DNA of 64,000 bases from Eledone cirrhosa (GCA_964016885.1 OZ024748.1:992001-1056000); one strand, 5' to 3'; shown: positions 1 through 15,385, numbered from the stretch's first letter. Notes: generated from the letters alone by a model not told the origin. Numbers and translations: made by a program.

Positions 1-163
1 AGGTATGTATGTGTATATATATATATATTTATATATATGTTCATACACAGAACAAAAGTGCTACCCAAGGTTTCAAGACCCAATGTTGACCATATCTCCA
101 GAATACCAGCGGCATCAAATTGAGACCTACATTCAGGCACTTATGAGTTCTGTGTGAGAACAT

Positions 164-194
<31 letters not shown>

Positions 195-710
195 ATATAT
201 ATATAGTTAAGGTCATGTCAGTGGCTAGCATGTTTCAACTCTGGGTTACAGGGTCTTCTAACAGTACTATGGTCTGAAGACCGTGTAAATGTGTGAAGAA
301 ATTCTAAAGGAAAAAGCCCCCTGACTCAACCTTGATAAAATATAAATCTCCTCTACTATGGTATTGAGTACTCATGTTCATCAATACCAATTGGATATAT
401 ACATACATACACACACGTATATTATATATATATATAATGTGTAATCTTGAGTGGGTGGGCTGTATTGTCAATATTTCACAATAGTCTTTCATCTTCAATC
501 TCATCATTTTAGCAACTGACTAGTATTGCAGATCATTTTTGGGTTATTTTATTTTATTTTATTTTTTTGTGCGTTTTTATTTGGCATATTGCCATTCACC
601 CATGTGAAAATGAACTTTTTCCTGTCAAATAAAAACATTTGATTAGATGTTGGCTTGTTTTTCTTTTGTTATTGTTTTGTTAATTATTACTACTGCTTAA
701 CCCTTTTTAA

Positions 711-1343
711 CCCTTTAACATTTATATTACTATATATATATATATATCGACAGTTGATCAACTTTCGTCAAATCAGACCGAGAAAACAATGTTCCCGTTG
801 GTCTTTCCAATTGCTAATACACTCTATCGGTCGCAACTCCAAGTAGAAAGAGAAATGTGAAATAAAGTGTCTTGCTCAAGGACATAACGCATCACCCGGT
901 TCAGGAATCAAACTCAGCCTCATGATTGTGAATCCAATTCTCTAACTACACAGCCACGCACATTCACTTACTTTATATATACTATTATATTTACTGTTGT
1001 ATTTTCACGGTAAAGGCTTTACCTCACTTGATTATCTCACATAATATTTTCATTACTCTATATTTATTGTTGTATTTTCATGGGAAAGGCTTTACCTCAA
1101 ATAACATTTACATTACTCTATATATACTATTGTATTTTTAATTATCTCACATAACATTTACATTATTCTATATATACTATTGTATTTTCATGGTAAATCT
1201 TTATCTCACATAATATCAAATCTATGAGATTTTTCTATTATTTATTTTGAGAACAATACCTTAACATAAGTATGAGTGGCTGGTTTGAACAGAAAGAGGT
1301 GAATGAATTCTGGCTGGATATAGCCAGTTTAAATGCTAAAGTG
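711..1343. mobile_element. TTAA-flanked MITE (piggyBac-like termini), interrupted by a SINE
   Basis: TTAA|CCCTTTAACATTT ... AAATGCTAAAGTG|TTAA; same internal sequence recurs at 27644-27933 and 62358-62826. Confidence 0.6.
750..965 (-). mobile_element. tRNA-derived SINE (family B)
   Basis: Reverse complement resembles the 5173-5300 head (box A/B-like, CCTTGAGCAAGACACTTTATTTCAC core); near-identical to 61930-62135. Confidence 0.65.
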
Positions 1344-2394
1344 TTAAGGTGTTGCAGGTTGGCAGGGTCGTTTGAATGTCTGACAAATGCGTAACAGCAT
1401 TTGCCTGGCTCTTTACATTGAGTTCAAATTCCACCAAGGTCAACTTTGCTTGTCAAGTACTGGGGGGGGGGGGGGGGGGGGGTAATCAGATTTCCTCTCA
1501 CCCCAAATTACTGATCTTGAGCCTAAAGTTGAAAGCATTGAAGGTTTTTATTCTTAAATGCTAGAGGGTTAATAATGGAAAAATCAGTTATTACTAAATT
1601 CCTCCAAATTCTTGATTATTTTTGAAAGTCTTAAGCAATTTCTTTCATTAGAAATACGGAAATAGAATTGCTCTCGTTAATTAGAATCCAATTAACCAAG
1701 TAAAATAATCCACCAGCCCCTCTCTCTCTCACCTGATTATTGATGCCACTGCTGCCAACACCAACCAATCCACCCTCGACCCACCTGCCCATACCTAAAA
1801 ACACACACACATAAACCTTAGTTATCTCCCCTTCCTCACCCACACTCCACCAGCTCTAAGATAGATAACCGGAAGTCAGTAATAATAAAAAGAGTATTTG
1901 TTCTCCAGTAATAAACAGTGTTGCTATTTTAACCAGCCATGTTAGCAAAGCTGTTCACCATGAAGGTCAGCTGCCAGGGCTGAGTGTTTGTACAAAGAAA
2001 CAGTCATTTAAACAACAAACAAACATACCAAAATACTAGGGGGCTGAGAAAGGGCCACCTGACCTGTTGAACATTTGGGAAGTAATGATAATAATAATAG
2101 TGAAAGAGAAGATCTGTGTCAGCTCTGTAGACATTTTGAGATTGTCTTGTTGGATGTGTGTGGGTGTATATAGCAGAGTATTTACTTGAAGATAGGTATA
2201 TATGTGTGTATATATATATATATACACACGTGTGTGTGTGTAACATTGTCTACTTGGAAATGGGTGTATATATGTATATGTGTGTGTGTATATTTATAAT
2301 GTTCTATCTTAACAGAGACAGACATGTATGTGTGTATATATATATATATATATAATGCTCTGTCTTGACAGAGATAGATATGTATGTGTGTCTC

Positions 2395-2665
2395 ATCATC
2401 ATCATCATCTTTGTTTAACGTCCATTTTCCACGCTAGCATGGGTTAGACGGGGGTTGTCGCACTTGAGGCAAGGTTGGTCGGGTGACCGTGTCTCGCTCA
2501 TATAGGACTATCTGGCAGGTTTTCTACGGCTGGATGCCCTTCCTAACACCAACCACATTTTCAGTGTGGAACTGGGAACTTTTTACCGTCTTACCTACAC
2601 AACCACATTACAGCGTGGATTGTGTTTTTTGTTGTGACACCTACACAATCTTGATCTCATCTCGT
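2395..2665 (-). mobile_element. RTE 3'UTR / RTE-tailed SINE fragment
   Basis: Matches 17277-17530 (TTTCTACGGCTGGATGCCCTTCCTA...) and has a (CAT)n tail. Confidence 0.7.
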
Positions 2666-2737
2666 GCTGTTGGTGGGAGTGTCTGTATATATATAATGTT
2701 CTGTCTCAACAGATAGAAATGTATGTATATATATATA

Positions 2738-2928
2738 TAATTGTTTCTACTTTTGGCACAAGGCCAGCAATTACCCAGTGCATTACTGGTACTTTATTTT
2801 ATCGACCCTGTAAGGGTGAAGGGCAAAGTTAACCTCGGCGGGATTTGAACTCAGACCATAAAGGGCCGTAACTCTTTGCTGCAAATCAATGCGTCTGACC
2901 CTCTACCGATACTGCCAATCCACCGCCT
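2738..2928 (-). mobile_element. tRNA-derived SINE (family A)
   Basis: Minus strand reads GGCGGTGGATTGGCAGTATCGGTAG...GTTCAAATCCCGCC...GATAAAATAAAGTACCAG...GGCCTTGTGCCAAAAGTAGAAAC. Related copies at about 24790-24950, 26140-26335, 29367-29545, 33285-33435, 39636-39837, 55335-55475 and 61730-61920. Confidence 0.75.
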
Positions 2929-2992
2929 TATATATATATATAATATATATATATATATATAATGTTCTGTCTTGACAGAGATAGATGTGTAT

Positions 2993-3023
<31 letters not shown>

Positions 3024-3672
3024 ATGTTCTGTCTTGTCTTGACAGAATAGACATGTATGTGTGTGTGTATGAGATTGTCTTGTAGATAGCGGTAGATGTT
3101 GGTAAAGCTGGAAGTAAATAGTTGATTGGTAGGGAGACAATGCCAACATCTGTAATGTTTGACCAAGACACACATTCAATGGTGTCTTGTATTGTCATTT
3201 ACTTTCTATCTCTCTATATATATATATACGCATATAGATATATATACACATATATATAGATATATATACACATATATATATGCATATAAATATATATACA
3301 CATATATATATAGATATATATACATATATATATGCATATAGATATATATACACATATATATAGATATATATATACACATATATATATACACATATATATA
3401 CACATATATATATACACATATATATACACATATATATATATATATACACACACACATATATATATAGATACACACACACACATATATATAGATACACACA
3501 CACACACATATATATATATATATGTAATGCATGTATGTGCATATATGTATGTATGGTCCCATAATTCCTGATAGAGGCAGAGGGACGCCGTATTGACATT
3601 TGGCGTTTCTTGGGCATTTTTAAGCCTGGCGGAGCCCATCCCTCTCCAGGCCTTTATACTTTATATATATGT

Positions 3673-4697
3673 ATCATCATAATCATCATTTTACGTCCGC
3701 TTTTCCCTGCTTGCAAGGGTGGGACGGGTCTTATTCAGCACAGCATCTCTCCACACGTCACAGTCTTTCGTCATCTCCACCATAAGCTTCAATGATCTGA
3801 GGTCTGTTCTCACCACCTCCGCCTATGTTTTTCGTGGTCTACCTCTAACACGTCTTCCTTCAACTGGCAATTCCTGGCACTTCTTCACCCATCGGTCATC
3901 CTCCATGCGCATCACATGTCCATACCACCTCAGTCTCCTCTCCCGTACACTACATTCTATCCCTCTCAGACAGTTTCTCACTCAACACATTCATGCTGGG
4001 TCGTTCACGCACATTTACACTGCACATCCAACGGAGCATGCTTGCCTCATTTCTCTCCAGCCGTCGCATATCCTCTGCAGTTGCTGCCCATGTCTCACTA
4101 CCATGCAGCATCGCGCTCCTCACACAGGCATCATACAACCGGCCTTTCGTACGCAGGGAGAAACCCTTCTTCGTCAGCAGAAGAGCAGCTCCCTAAACTT
4201 CTTCCAACCCATCCTTATTCTAGATACTATGGCCTCGGAACACCCCCCTCCCATGCTAATCTGATCTCCTAGGTACCGGAAGCTATCCACTATTTCTATA
4301 GCACTCGCCTGCATTTGAAAAATGTGTCTATCAATGCGACATCTACTGTCTAATTTCCCTGTACATCTACTGCATACGTATTTCTTCCTACCTGTTAGTT
4401 TGCCTGGTATCCTGCTACATCTCTTGTGTACCCAGGATCTGCATGTGTGCATTTTATAGAATTTATGCCAGTTCCTTTTCTGCATATCGAACATGGCCAT
4501 TTCCGTGACGGAATCAGAGTTTCGTCCTCTTTTCTAGTCATCAACACTTTTATCTTAGCTAGGTTCACTCTCAGTCCTCTTGCTTCCAACTGCTGTTTCC
4601 ATAGCCAGAGTTTATTCTCTAGCTCCTCTACTGATTCTGTCTGCTATAAGAACCAGATTGTCAGCATAGAGAAGTTCCCATGGACAGCCAGTCTTGT
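3673..4697 (-). mobile_element. 5'-truncated, frameshifted RTE-clade LINE (RT C-terminal part)
   Basis: ORF pieces GLRVNLAKIKV, FRYLGD, LHGSETW; homologous to 17671-18744; (ATG)n tail. Confidence 0.85.
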
Positions 4698-5035
4698 GTA
4701 TATATATATATATATATATATATAGTATTTTGCTCTGATTATTTAATTTATTAATTCTTCATTGAGCCACATCGTGAGTAGTTGCCAAAACACATATATA
4801 CCTGTGACTTTGTTTAATTGGTGTATGTGTGCATATTTATATTTAATAATCTCCTGTAAGGTTGAGATACAATTTGGGCGATATTGGGCTGCGCTTTCTA
4901 GCAACCAACCCACTCGCCGTAAGCAACCAATCACACTCTTTCTCACTTGACCACTGCCACGTCACAGTTCTCAACCATTTTGAATTCGTGTTTGGCGGGG
5001 GCCACTTCAGAAAATAATCTGTCCTAGCGAGTTTG

Positions 5036-5112
5036 TCCCCTGAAGAGCTCTAAACTCGAGATTTATCCTTAATAGGATATCTCAAAATGAGAGCGAAACC
5101 CATGGGTCGGGA
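5036..5112 (+). ncRNA. Type I hammerhead ribozyme motif (canonical core)
   Basis: TCCC-CTGAAGA-GCTC...GAGC-GAAA-CCCATGGG-TC-GGGA; palindromic stem III, GUC site. Confidence 0.8.
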
Positions 5113-5172
5113 TTTAGTGATTTAATCCTGGTATGTATATAAGCATTTCTAACTTTAATTTTTACCTAATTG

Positions 5173-5520
5173 TGGAGGCACATGGCTTAGTGGTTAGAGC
5201 ATTGGCCTTGCAATCGAAAGGTTGTGAGTTCAATTCTCAGACCGGGCGATGTGTTGTTTCCTTGAGCAAGACACTTTATTTCACATTGCTCCAGTTTACT
5301 CAGCTGTAGAAATGAGATGATAGGGACTGGGGTCCATATCATTCCACTGCAAAGTGGTCGTGGAGGTGCCACGGCAAAAAAGCACCCAGCACTCACTGTA
5401 AATGAGGTTGGTGTTAGGAAGGGCATCCAGCTGTAGAAATCAAGCCAGAATCAGTTCCCGTCCCACCCTTGCAAGCAGGGAAAAGCGGACGTAAAATGAA
5501 ATGATGAAATGATGATGATG
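5173..5520 (+). mobile_element. tRNA-derived SINE with RTE-derived 3' tail
   Basis: TGGCTTAGTGG and GTTCAATTC boxes; 3' end matches the RTE terminus at 3690-3730 and has a (GAT)n tail. Confidence 0.75.
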
Positions 5521-5874
5521 TGTATGGTTGACCGTATATTTAATTAATTTCCACGTGTTGTTGAAATGTTGGGTAAATATTCTATAGCAGTTGGCCGCGA
5601 AGATGCCGCTGTAGTGTATTTATTTACTGTTTCTTCATTGGTGCCTTTTATTCTTATAGCCTGGTCTAATTGATTTTTTGTGTGGTTAATTATGCTAATT
5701 GGGAGTAGAAATGATGGATATATATTATCAAATAATTCTCTGGACATGCTTTACTCTATAGTATATATATATATATAAGTATGCTGTATATATATATTTA
5801 TTTATATATATATATTTATATGTATACTGTATATATATATATATTTATTTATATATATATATAATATATATATA

Positions 5875-6283
5875 CTCTCCAAGACAATGTCACTGCACCG
5901 AGATCTTTGGCGCTACGCAGTAATACAGAAGACCCGCCTTGCATAAGTACAAAGTGAAACCTACAGTCAGTAGGCACCTCTTAACAAAAATACACCCCCG
6001 TCCCAATACCCCCACCCCATCCACACCACCCCTTTCAATGTAAAGTTATGTTGGTACTACAACATCCAGTCCTAAATAAATGTGGCCGTGTAGGCAACAC
6101 GGTAAAAACCTCCCAGTCCACACTGTAAATGTGGTTGGTGTTAGGAAGGGCATCCAAGCCGTAGAAAACCCGCCAGACAGTCCTATACGAGCAAGACAAC
6201 CAATCTTGCCTCAAGTGGGAAAATTCCCGTCCAAACCCATGTTAACGTGGAAGATGGACATTAAACGATGATGATGATGATGA
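5875..6283 (+). mobile_element. 3' fragment of the RTE family found at 17277-18712
   Basis: Reverse-complement match to the 17290-17745 region; (GAT)n tail. Confidence 0.75.
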
Positions 6284-7974
6284 TACATGTGTGGGCGTAA
6301 AGTTCTAATCACAACTCTCTATTTTGATCTTAACCTGTTTATCGCCAGTGTAATGCCAAACTTTACATTATTTATGAAAAAGCAGACAAGTGGTGATTAT
6401 GTTGATGATTGTGATATATATACACATATATATATATATGTGTGTGTTTACATTTATATGTATATAAATACACACATATGTATATATATAAATATATATA
6501 CATACATATATATATAAATATATATACATACATATATATGTGTGCATTTATATACATATAAATCATCACTGTTTTGTGTTTTTTTTTCCATGCTGGCATG
6601 GGTTGACGCTTTATGAAACTATATGTGTGTCTAAAATCATCAAATATACAGAGTTGTAGCATAAATATTTATCATTTATTTAAACATGTCTCTAACTTAT
6701 GGACATCATGTAAATTAGACTATCCATTTCAGGTATTGTCTATAATCTGTACCGTATATAGCATTACTATGGCCTGTTGCCATGAGGCTGAGGAACCAGA
6801 TGTCCATATGTATATATATCATCATTATCATCATCATCATCATCATCATTTTACATCTGCTTTTCCTTGCTTGCAAGCGTGAGATGGGTCTTATTAAGCA
6901 CGGCATCTCTCTATTTATCACGGTCCCTTGTCATCTCCTCCGTGAGCTTTCATTTCTCTCCAGCCATCGCATATCTTCCACATATATATAGCATTGCTAT
7001 AACATTACTGTCGCTTATTGCCTTGAGGCTGGAGGAACCATACTGAGAGCTGAGAACTGAGATCTGAGAACTGAGAACTGAGATCTGAGAACAGAGATCT
7101 GAGAACTGAGAAATGAGAAATGAGATCTGAGACTCAGATGAAATATCGTTTAATATGCAAAATATTTAAGTTATATTCATCTTCAGAAAAAAAAAAAAAA
7201 AAAAAATGGAAAAATAACTCCAGTGTTTGACCTGGTTCCTTCAGTGTTAAGTAACTGAGAGTACAAGATTGCCCCCTGGATAGGACGTTAGTTCACCATG
7301 GTGTTGATTCCCAGCGACTGTCAATAATAATTTTCAACTAGGTGTACAAGATTGCCTCCACGACAGGCAGAGCCCCCAAGAGAAATTTTGTAAGGTGGTA
7401 CAAGACGCCTTTGGGGCCCAAAGCAGGCAAAGGTTTTTCTCACAATGGATGTTGCATGGTTGCTCTGGGGCCTTCTTAACTCTTGGGCACCAGAACAAAG
7501 TACTGGCAGGACCCCCCCCCCCGCCCCCTCACATAAGCCCCCTGGACAGGACGTCAGTCCATCATAGTGTTAACTCCCAGCGACTGCTGGTACTCATTTT
7601 CAACTGAGAGTACAGGAGCAACATAAAATGAAGTTGTTTTGATCAAGAATACAACATACCACCTGGTCTGGTAATCAAACCCACATGACATTATGATGGT
7701 AAGCCCAACACCTTTACCACTAGGCCCTGCACCTTCACCTCAATAAACCAACCCGGAAAATGTATAGTATGTATTGTGAACCATGAAGAAGGAGGGGTAA
7801 CCACCATTGTCTGTGTTGTAGGACCTCCTCACAGTCTACAGAAGTTATGTCGGCCAGGGTCATAATGTCGACTGCCAAACCCCCCCCCCCCCCCCCGAAT
7901 ATTTCTGAGATATGTGAAGGTGAAATGTAAAAAGAAAACACCCCTGCCCCTCAAACAGGCTCCACTAACCCCCT

Positions 7975-8815
7975 ATCATCATCATCATCATCATCATCAT
8001 CATCGTCAGCGTCACAATCACTACACCCACTATTGTTACTACCACTACTACTATCACAAGAACTACCACCAACACCACCATTTTACCAAGACGACTACCA
8101 CCCACTACCACCTTGACTATAACCACCGACATCATCACTGCCTTCACTACCACTACCATCACCACCACCACCACTGCCACTACCATCACCACCCCCGCTA
8201 CTACTACCATCATCACAACAACCACCACCACATACACCTCTACCAAAACTATCATCATCACCACCACAAACCTCCATGAAAACTTTCTTGCTATTTCAAT
8301 CTAACATCCCTGCCACCTAACCACCACCACCACTACCACCACCACCACCACTACCACCACCATTACCACCACCACCACCACCACCACCACTACCACCACC
8401 ACCCCTACCATTACCACCACCACTACCACCACCACCACCACTACCACCACCACTACCACTACCACCACCACAACCACCACCACCTCCACTACCACCACCA
8501 CTACCACCACCACTACCACCACCACCACTACCACCACCACAACCACCACCACCACCACCACTACCACAACCACTACCACCACCACCACCACAGATATGTA
8601 CATCCACACACACACACACATAGACACACGTACACACTCACACATACGTACACATACATACATCTTCGCACACACACATCCACACAAACACGCACATCCA
8701 CACATACATACACACACACCTACGCACACGTGCACACACATCCACATATTCACACACACACACACACATACCCCCCACACACACGCACACCTACACACAC
8801 ATCCACACACACATA
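7975..8815. repeat. (CAT/CAC/TAC)n trinucleotide and (CA)n microsatellite block
   Basis: Directly visible. Confidence 0.95.
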
Positions 8816-9101
8816 ACCCTCCCCCTGCGCCTCACACAGGTAGACAGACAGACGAAACAGAAAAAATGCCAGCAAAAAAATGCAGGCATTGATTCCTGTG
8901 TGCTTTGTAAATTTTAGTGAATAAATATGGTGGTTAAACAATGTAGACCCCCTCCACCCCCATTCACCCTGGCTACTGACCCCCCACTTGCCCCCTCCAT
9001 CTGTCATCCTCACCCCGACCCCCATCACTTCACACACACAAGGGAACAATGTCTGGTCTAGCACGGTCTTAAAACAAACAGAAAGAAAATACCGACTTTA
9101 T

Positions 9102-11260
9102 AACAACAATAACAACTATAACTACAACAATAACTACAACTATAACTACAACAATAACTACAACAATAACTACAACAATAACTACAACAATAACTACAAC
9201 TATAACTACAACAATAACTACAACAATAACTACAACAATAACTACAACTATAACTACAACTATAACTACAACTATAACTACAACAATAACTACAACAATA
9301 ACTACAACAATAACTACAACAATAACTACAACTATAACTACAACAATAACTACAACAATAACTACAACTATAACTACAACAATAACTACAACAATAACTA
9401 CAACAATAACTACAACTATAACTACAACAATAACTACAACTATAACTACAACAATAACTACAACAATAACTACAACAATAACTACAACTATAACTACAAC
9501 AATAACTAGAACTATAACTACAACAATAACTACAACAATAACTACAACTATAACTACAACTATAACTACAACTATAACTACAACAATAACTACAACAATA
9601 ACTACAACAATAACTACAACTATAACTACAACAATAACTACAACTATAACTACAACAATAACTACAACAATAACTACAACAATAACTACAACTATAACTA
9701 CAACAATAACTACAACAATAACTACAACAATAACTACAACTATAACTACAACAATAACTACAACTATAACTACAACAATAACTACAACAATAACTACAAC
9801 TATAACTACAACAATAACTACAACAATAACTACAACTATAACTACAACTATAACTACAACAATAACTACAACAATAACTACAACAATAACTACAACAATA
9901 ACTACAACTATAACTACAACAATAACTACAACAATAACAACTATAACTACAACTATAACTACAATAATAACTACAACAATAACTACAACAATAACTACAA
10001 CAATAACTACAACTATAACTACAACAATAACTACAACTATAACTACAACTATAACTACAATAATAACTACAACAATAACTACAACAATAACTACAACAAT
10101 AACTACAACTATAACTACAACAATAACTACAACAATAACTACAACTATAACTACAACTATAACTACAACAATAACTACAACTATAACTACAACTATAACT
10201 ACAACAATAACTACAACTATAACTACAACAATAACTACAACAATAACTACAACAATAACTACAACAATAACTACAACAATAACTACAACTATAACTACAA
10301 CAATAACTACAACAATAACTACAACAATAACTACAACTATAACTACAACTATAACTACAACAATAACTACAACAATAACTACAACTATAACTACAACTAT
10401 AACTACAACTATAACTACAACAATAACTACAACAATAACTACAACTATAACTACAACAATAACTACAACTATAACTACAACTATAACTACAACAATAACT
10501 ACAACAATAACTACAACTATAACTACAACAATAACTACAACTATAACTACAACTATAACTACAACAATAACTACAACAATAACTACAACTATAACTACAA
10601 CAATAACTACAACTATAACTACAACTATAACTACAACAATAACTACAACAATAACTACAACTATAACTACAACAATAACTACAACTATAACTACAACTAT
10701 AACTACAACAATAACTACAACAATAACTACAACTATAACTACAACAATAACTACAACTATAACTACAACTATAACTACAACAATAACTACAACAATAACT
10801 ACAACTATAACTACAACAATAACTACAACAATAACTACAACTATAACTACAACAATAACTACAACTATAACTACAACTATAACTACAACTATAACTACAA
10901 CAATAACTACAACAATAACTACAACTATAACTACAACAATAACTACAACTATAACTACAACTATAACTACAACAATAACTACAACAATAACTACAACTAT
11001 AACTACAACAATAACTACAACAATAACTACAACTATAACTACAACAATAACTACAACAATAACTACAACTATAACTACAACAATAACTACAACTATAACT
11101 ACAACAATAACTACAACTATAACTACAACAATAACTACAACAATAACTACAACTATAACTACAACAATAACTACAACAATAACTACAACAATAACTACAA
11201 CTATAACTACAACAATAACTACAACTATAACTACAACAATAACTACAACTATAACTACAA
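9102..11260. repeat. ~2.15-kb minisatellite of two 12-mers, AACTACAACAAT and AACTACAACTAT
   Basis: Directly visible, nearly homogeneous. Confidence 0.97.
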
Positions 11261-11591
11261 CGAAGATTCAGGCCTTCCTAGCTCTTTCTTAAAAAGACAT
11301 TCTATTTGGTACGTACACACATATATATATATACATATATCTACACACACACACATATATATATACATACACACACATATATATACACACATATATATAT
11401 ATTCATATACATATACCCACCCACACATATATATATATATACATGCACACACATATACACATAAATACATATACACACACACGTGTGTGGATACACATAC
11501 ACGCATATATATACATGCATACCTATGTATATACGTGTATATATATACGTATATGAGTATATATATATACGTATGTGTATATATATATGTA

Positions 11592-13417
11592 TGGTCGACC
11601 TGGTCCAAAACCCAGGCTGTCTTTTTCGGACCCCGCTGAGGCAATTTCATATCATCTGGCCTCTGTTAAAGCTGGGCGTGAAAATCGGATTACCTTCCGA
11701 ACACGCCCAGGCCTACCACCCCATGTACGTCCAAAGCTACGTGCTGCAGCTTCCTTGAATCGGAACTCAGCACAACATGAAAGTTTTAGTCTGCGGGATG
11801 ATAGACAGATCTGGAAGTTTGTTAAGGCTGGTGAAACGTGGAAGAGAGATACCAGCAGGTCTGAGTGTGCTCTACACACAATAACTGGCAATGAAAAAAC
11901 TGCAACAACTCTGGGAAACTAAACCAGAACAACCTGCCACCCTCTACACACCATCATAAACTGCAAGCAGGGTACAAATTGTTGTCCTTAAATGCTCGTA
12001 GTTTATGCAACAAAATACATCTGTTTAACTCCTACGTCAGAAGCATCGACCCTGACTTCATCACAGTCACGGAAACATGGGCACATTTCTTACTATGTGA
12101 TGGGGTTTTCAGCATTACTGGGTACAACCTGTTCCGCAAGGACCGCATTAATCGCCGTGGTGGTGTGATGGTCTACGTTCGTTCAAACTTTTCGGTAATT
12201 CCTTGCGTTGATTTGAACGAATCACAAGAAGTTTTTTTTGTGACATACGTATGACCATGTCAACACTTCTGCTTGGTGTTGTTTATCGCCCCCCCCCCCC
12301 CCCAAACTACCATCAGGACACACAGCTTTGCGATATCCTCAGAGCTGCTGCCAGGAAAACAGCCACTTATGTGTTTATTGCAGGTGACTTCAATCATCCT
12401 GAGATCGATTGGGAAACCTTTCGTTGGCCACAAAGTGCAAACGATTTCCTTGAGCTAGTGCTGGACTCAAACTGGTCACAAGTAGTCACCTCTCCAACAA
12501 GAGGTGACAACACTGGACCTGATCTTCACCACTACTCCTGAAGTGGTTATCAGTTGTACTACTGAGGAACCTTTAGGCGACTCTGATCATGCTATGATCA
12601 TTGCCAATCTGGCTCTTGCGGGCAGCAACAAAAACCAGAACCATCTCCAATCTGCTTGCTTTGATTGGAAGAAATCAGATTGGAACTTGTATTGCACTGA
12701 GCTACAGCGCCCAAACTGGCATGAGTTCTATAACTCTGGAGATGTGAACACTATACTCCAGAGCATCCTGGACTTAATATGGAAAGCGTGTGCAGCATCG
12801 GTGCCACGTAAGCAGAAAAAAACCACCCCAAAAGTGCAATTTGGGAAACTTCAGCGGTCCGACTTGCCAGGAAAGAACGTCGGAACGCTGAACGGGAATA
12901 TAAACTGCATAAATCAGATGCCAACAGAAAAAAGCGGAATAAATCTTCTAACCATCTCAAGCAAGTGACAAAAAAGGCAGTGCTTGAATTTGAACAGTGC
13001 ATAGCAACCAATCCTGACAGTAAGGTGTTCTGGAAATATGTTCATTCAAAGCAGAGACCTCACTCTCCAGTTGGTCCTCTTCGCAATCCCCACACAAGCC
13101 AGATCACTGACGATCCCAACGAATGCGCAGAACTCATTGCTGAGTGCTATGCAAGCATTTTTACTGATGAAAACCAGAATGTACCATCTCCACCATCTCT
13201 AACATCAAATTCCGTAACAACTAAGGAATTTACACCTGCAATGTTGCGACGCCACCTTAAGAATAAGCGCAACTATGCCTCCCCTGGTCTTGATGGTGTT
13301 ACATACCTGCTTCTCAAACGTGGCGGGTACTTCCTTTTGCACCAGCTTTCTTTCTTCTTTCAATACTGTCTCAACAATGGTGCTACTCCGGAGCAGTGGA
13401 AAATTGCCAATGTAATT
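11592..13417 (+). mobile_element. Decayed CR1/L2-type LINE: ORF1 tail, APE endonuclease and start of RT; 3'-truncated
   Basis: LNARSL..NK, VTETW, GGVMVY, VYRPP, GDFN, LDLI, SDH, FWKYV, SPGLDG, WKIANV spread over frameshifted ORFs. Confidence 0.88.
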
Positions 13418-13914
13418 TAAAATTACAACAAAATTCTTCTTTACAGTAAAATTGAAAGAACTATTTTTTGTCGACATAAATCGGCAACCAAATTTAAGAA
13501 CTTTAGACCAGCTTAATTCCATCTTATCTATTCCATAACCCAGATTGTACCACTTGGATCTATTATGATACCACATTATCAGCACCATCATCATTATGAT
13601 TATGATTATAATTATAATTGTCACCATCTATCAAAGAACAACATCAAAACCTCTTATATTTACATTCTTATTTTATATATCTCTATCTTTCACTCTCTAT
13701 CTTTATATTTCTCTCCCTAAATTTATTTCATCTCCACTTTTTCAATTTTATTACTCCAAGATAAACTTATATAGGAATACAAGTGAAATCATAAACTCGT
13801 CATCTACGTAAACCTCTTGGTGAGTCAAACAACGAACGCTGTACGCTAAAACTATCCACAATAAGAAGTATTCACAATCTCTAACTGGATTACCTATAAC
13901 GATATTTTGTTATC

Positions 13915-14000
<86 letters not shown>

Positions 14001-14026
14001 GATGATGTAAGCGCTCTTTGTTTTTG

Positions 14027-14140
<114 letters not shown>

Positions 14141-14206
14141 GTATATATATAAACGTATATATATATATACGTATATATATATTTATATATATGTATATAT
14201 ATATAT

Positions 14207-14259
<53 letters not shown>

Positions 14260-14405
14260 TATATGCCAACACAAGAGCAAGAATAAAGTGTTCATTCTAC
14301 TGACATGGCTATAAAATTGAGGCTTGTTTGCATAATTGCAAACGAATCGAATGTTATTATTAATATTCAAAAAACTCAGATTACATTTATTATATCTATA
14401 TGAAT

Positions 14406-14440
<35 letters not shown>

Positions 14441-14507
14441 TATATATATATAATTCAAGAAAGAAGATTGACATGGTTCGCTATACAATAAGGGCTTTAT
14501 TCACATT

Positions 14508-14615
14508 GCTGACAATTGTTTCTTTGATCTGGGAGGTCTAGAGTTCGCTATACGCCTGATTTTGCGCCAATCGATCTCCAATACTTTGTTTATAACCAGT
14601 CTTTTTCATCGGAGC
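14508..14615 (-). ncRNA. Degenerate hammerhead-like motif (U4C core)
   Basis: Minus strand GCT-CCGATGA-...-GAAA-CAATTG-TC-AGC; base of stem II is poorly paired. Confidence 0.45.
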
Positions 14616-15051
14616 GGGTAAAATGAATAAAATACACAAGGCATGGTTTTTATATAAGTGTGGTATTAAACCAGAACAATAATATCAATAATAAAATAAA
14701 ATAACTAGATAGCATACAATTAAAATAATAACATCAATATAAGTAAAAGATAGAGTATAATGGAGAATCTAGCATGTTAAACAAACTGATATGATACAGA
14801 TGTATGGAATTGACATGTGAAAACTGCTATAGGGTACATTAGATATAGTGATAGGGTAGCGAATAGATGACAGTAACCACTAAGATGTACTTGGAGACTG
14901 AGTTTATGAAGTATCCACTGTGCTGTAGGTATTCTAGCAATAAACCGGAGGTTTACTGAGATTTTAGTGATGATAGTTTTTATGTGGTGTTAAATAGAGT
15001 TGTAGATTCGTTACATCTAAGTGGACTGCCATAACGATAACCTGTTATCCC

Positions 15052-15242
<191 letters not shown>

Positions 15243-15281
15243 AACATATATACATATATACATATATATACATATATATAT

Positions 15282-15372
<91 letters not shown>

Positions 15373-15385
15373 TACATATATATAT

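Noticed and set aside
225-265. Further very degenerate hammerhead-like remnants (also about 15705, 38540, 42900, 45390)
   Set aside because: Two or more core or stem defects each; not counted among the supported motifs.
5173-5250. tRNA gene
   Set aside because: Has box A/B-like motifs but no complete cloverleaf, and continues into a repeated SINE body.
8988-9509. Asn/Tyr-rich prion-like or biomineral protein
   Set aside because: The frame comes from the 12-bp minisatellite, starts at a non-ATG codon, and has no splice or signal support.
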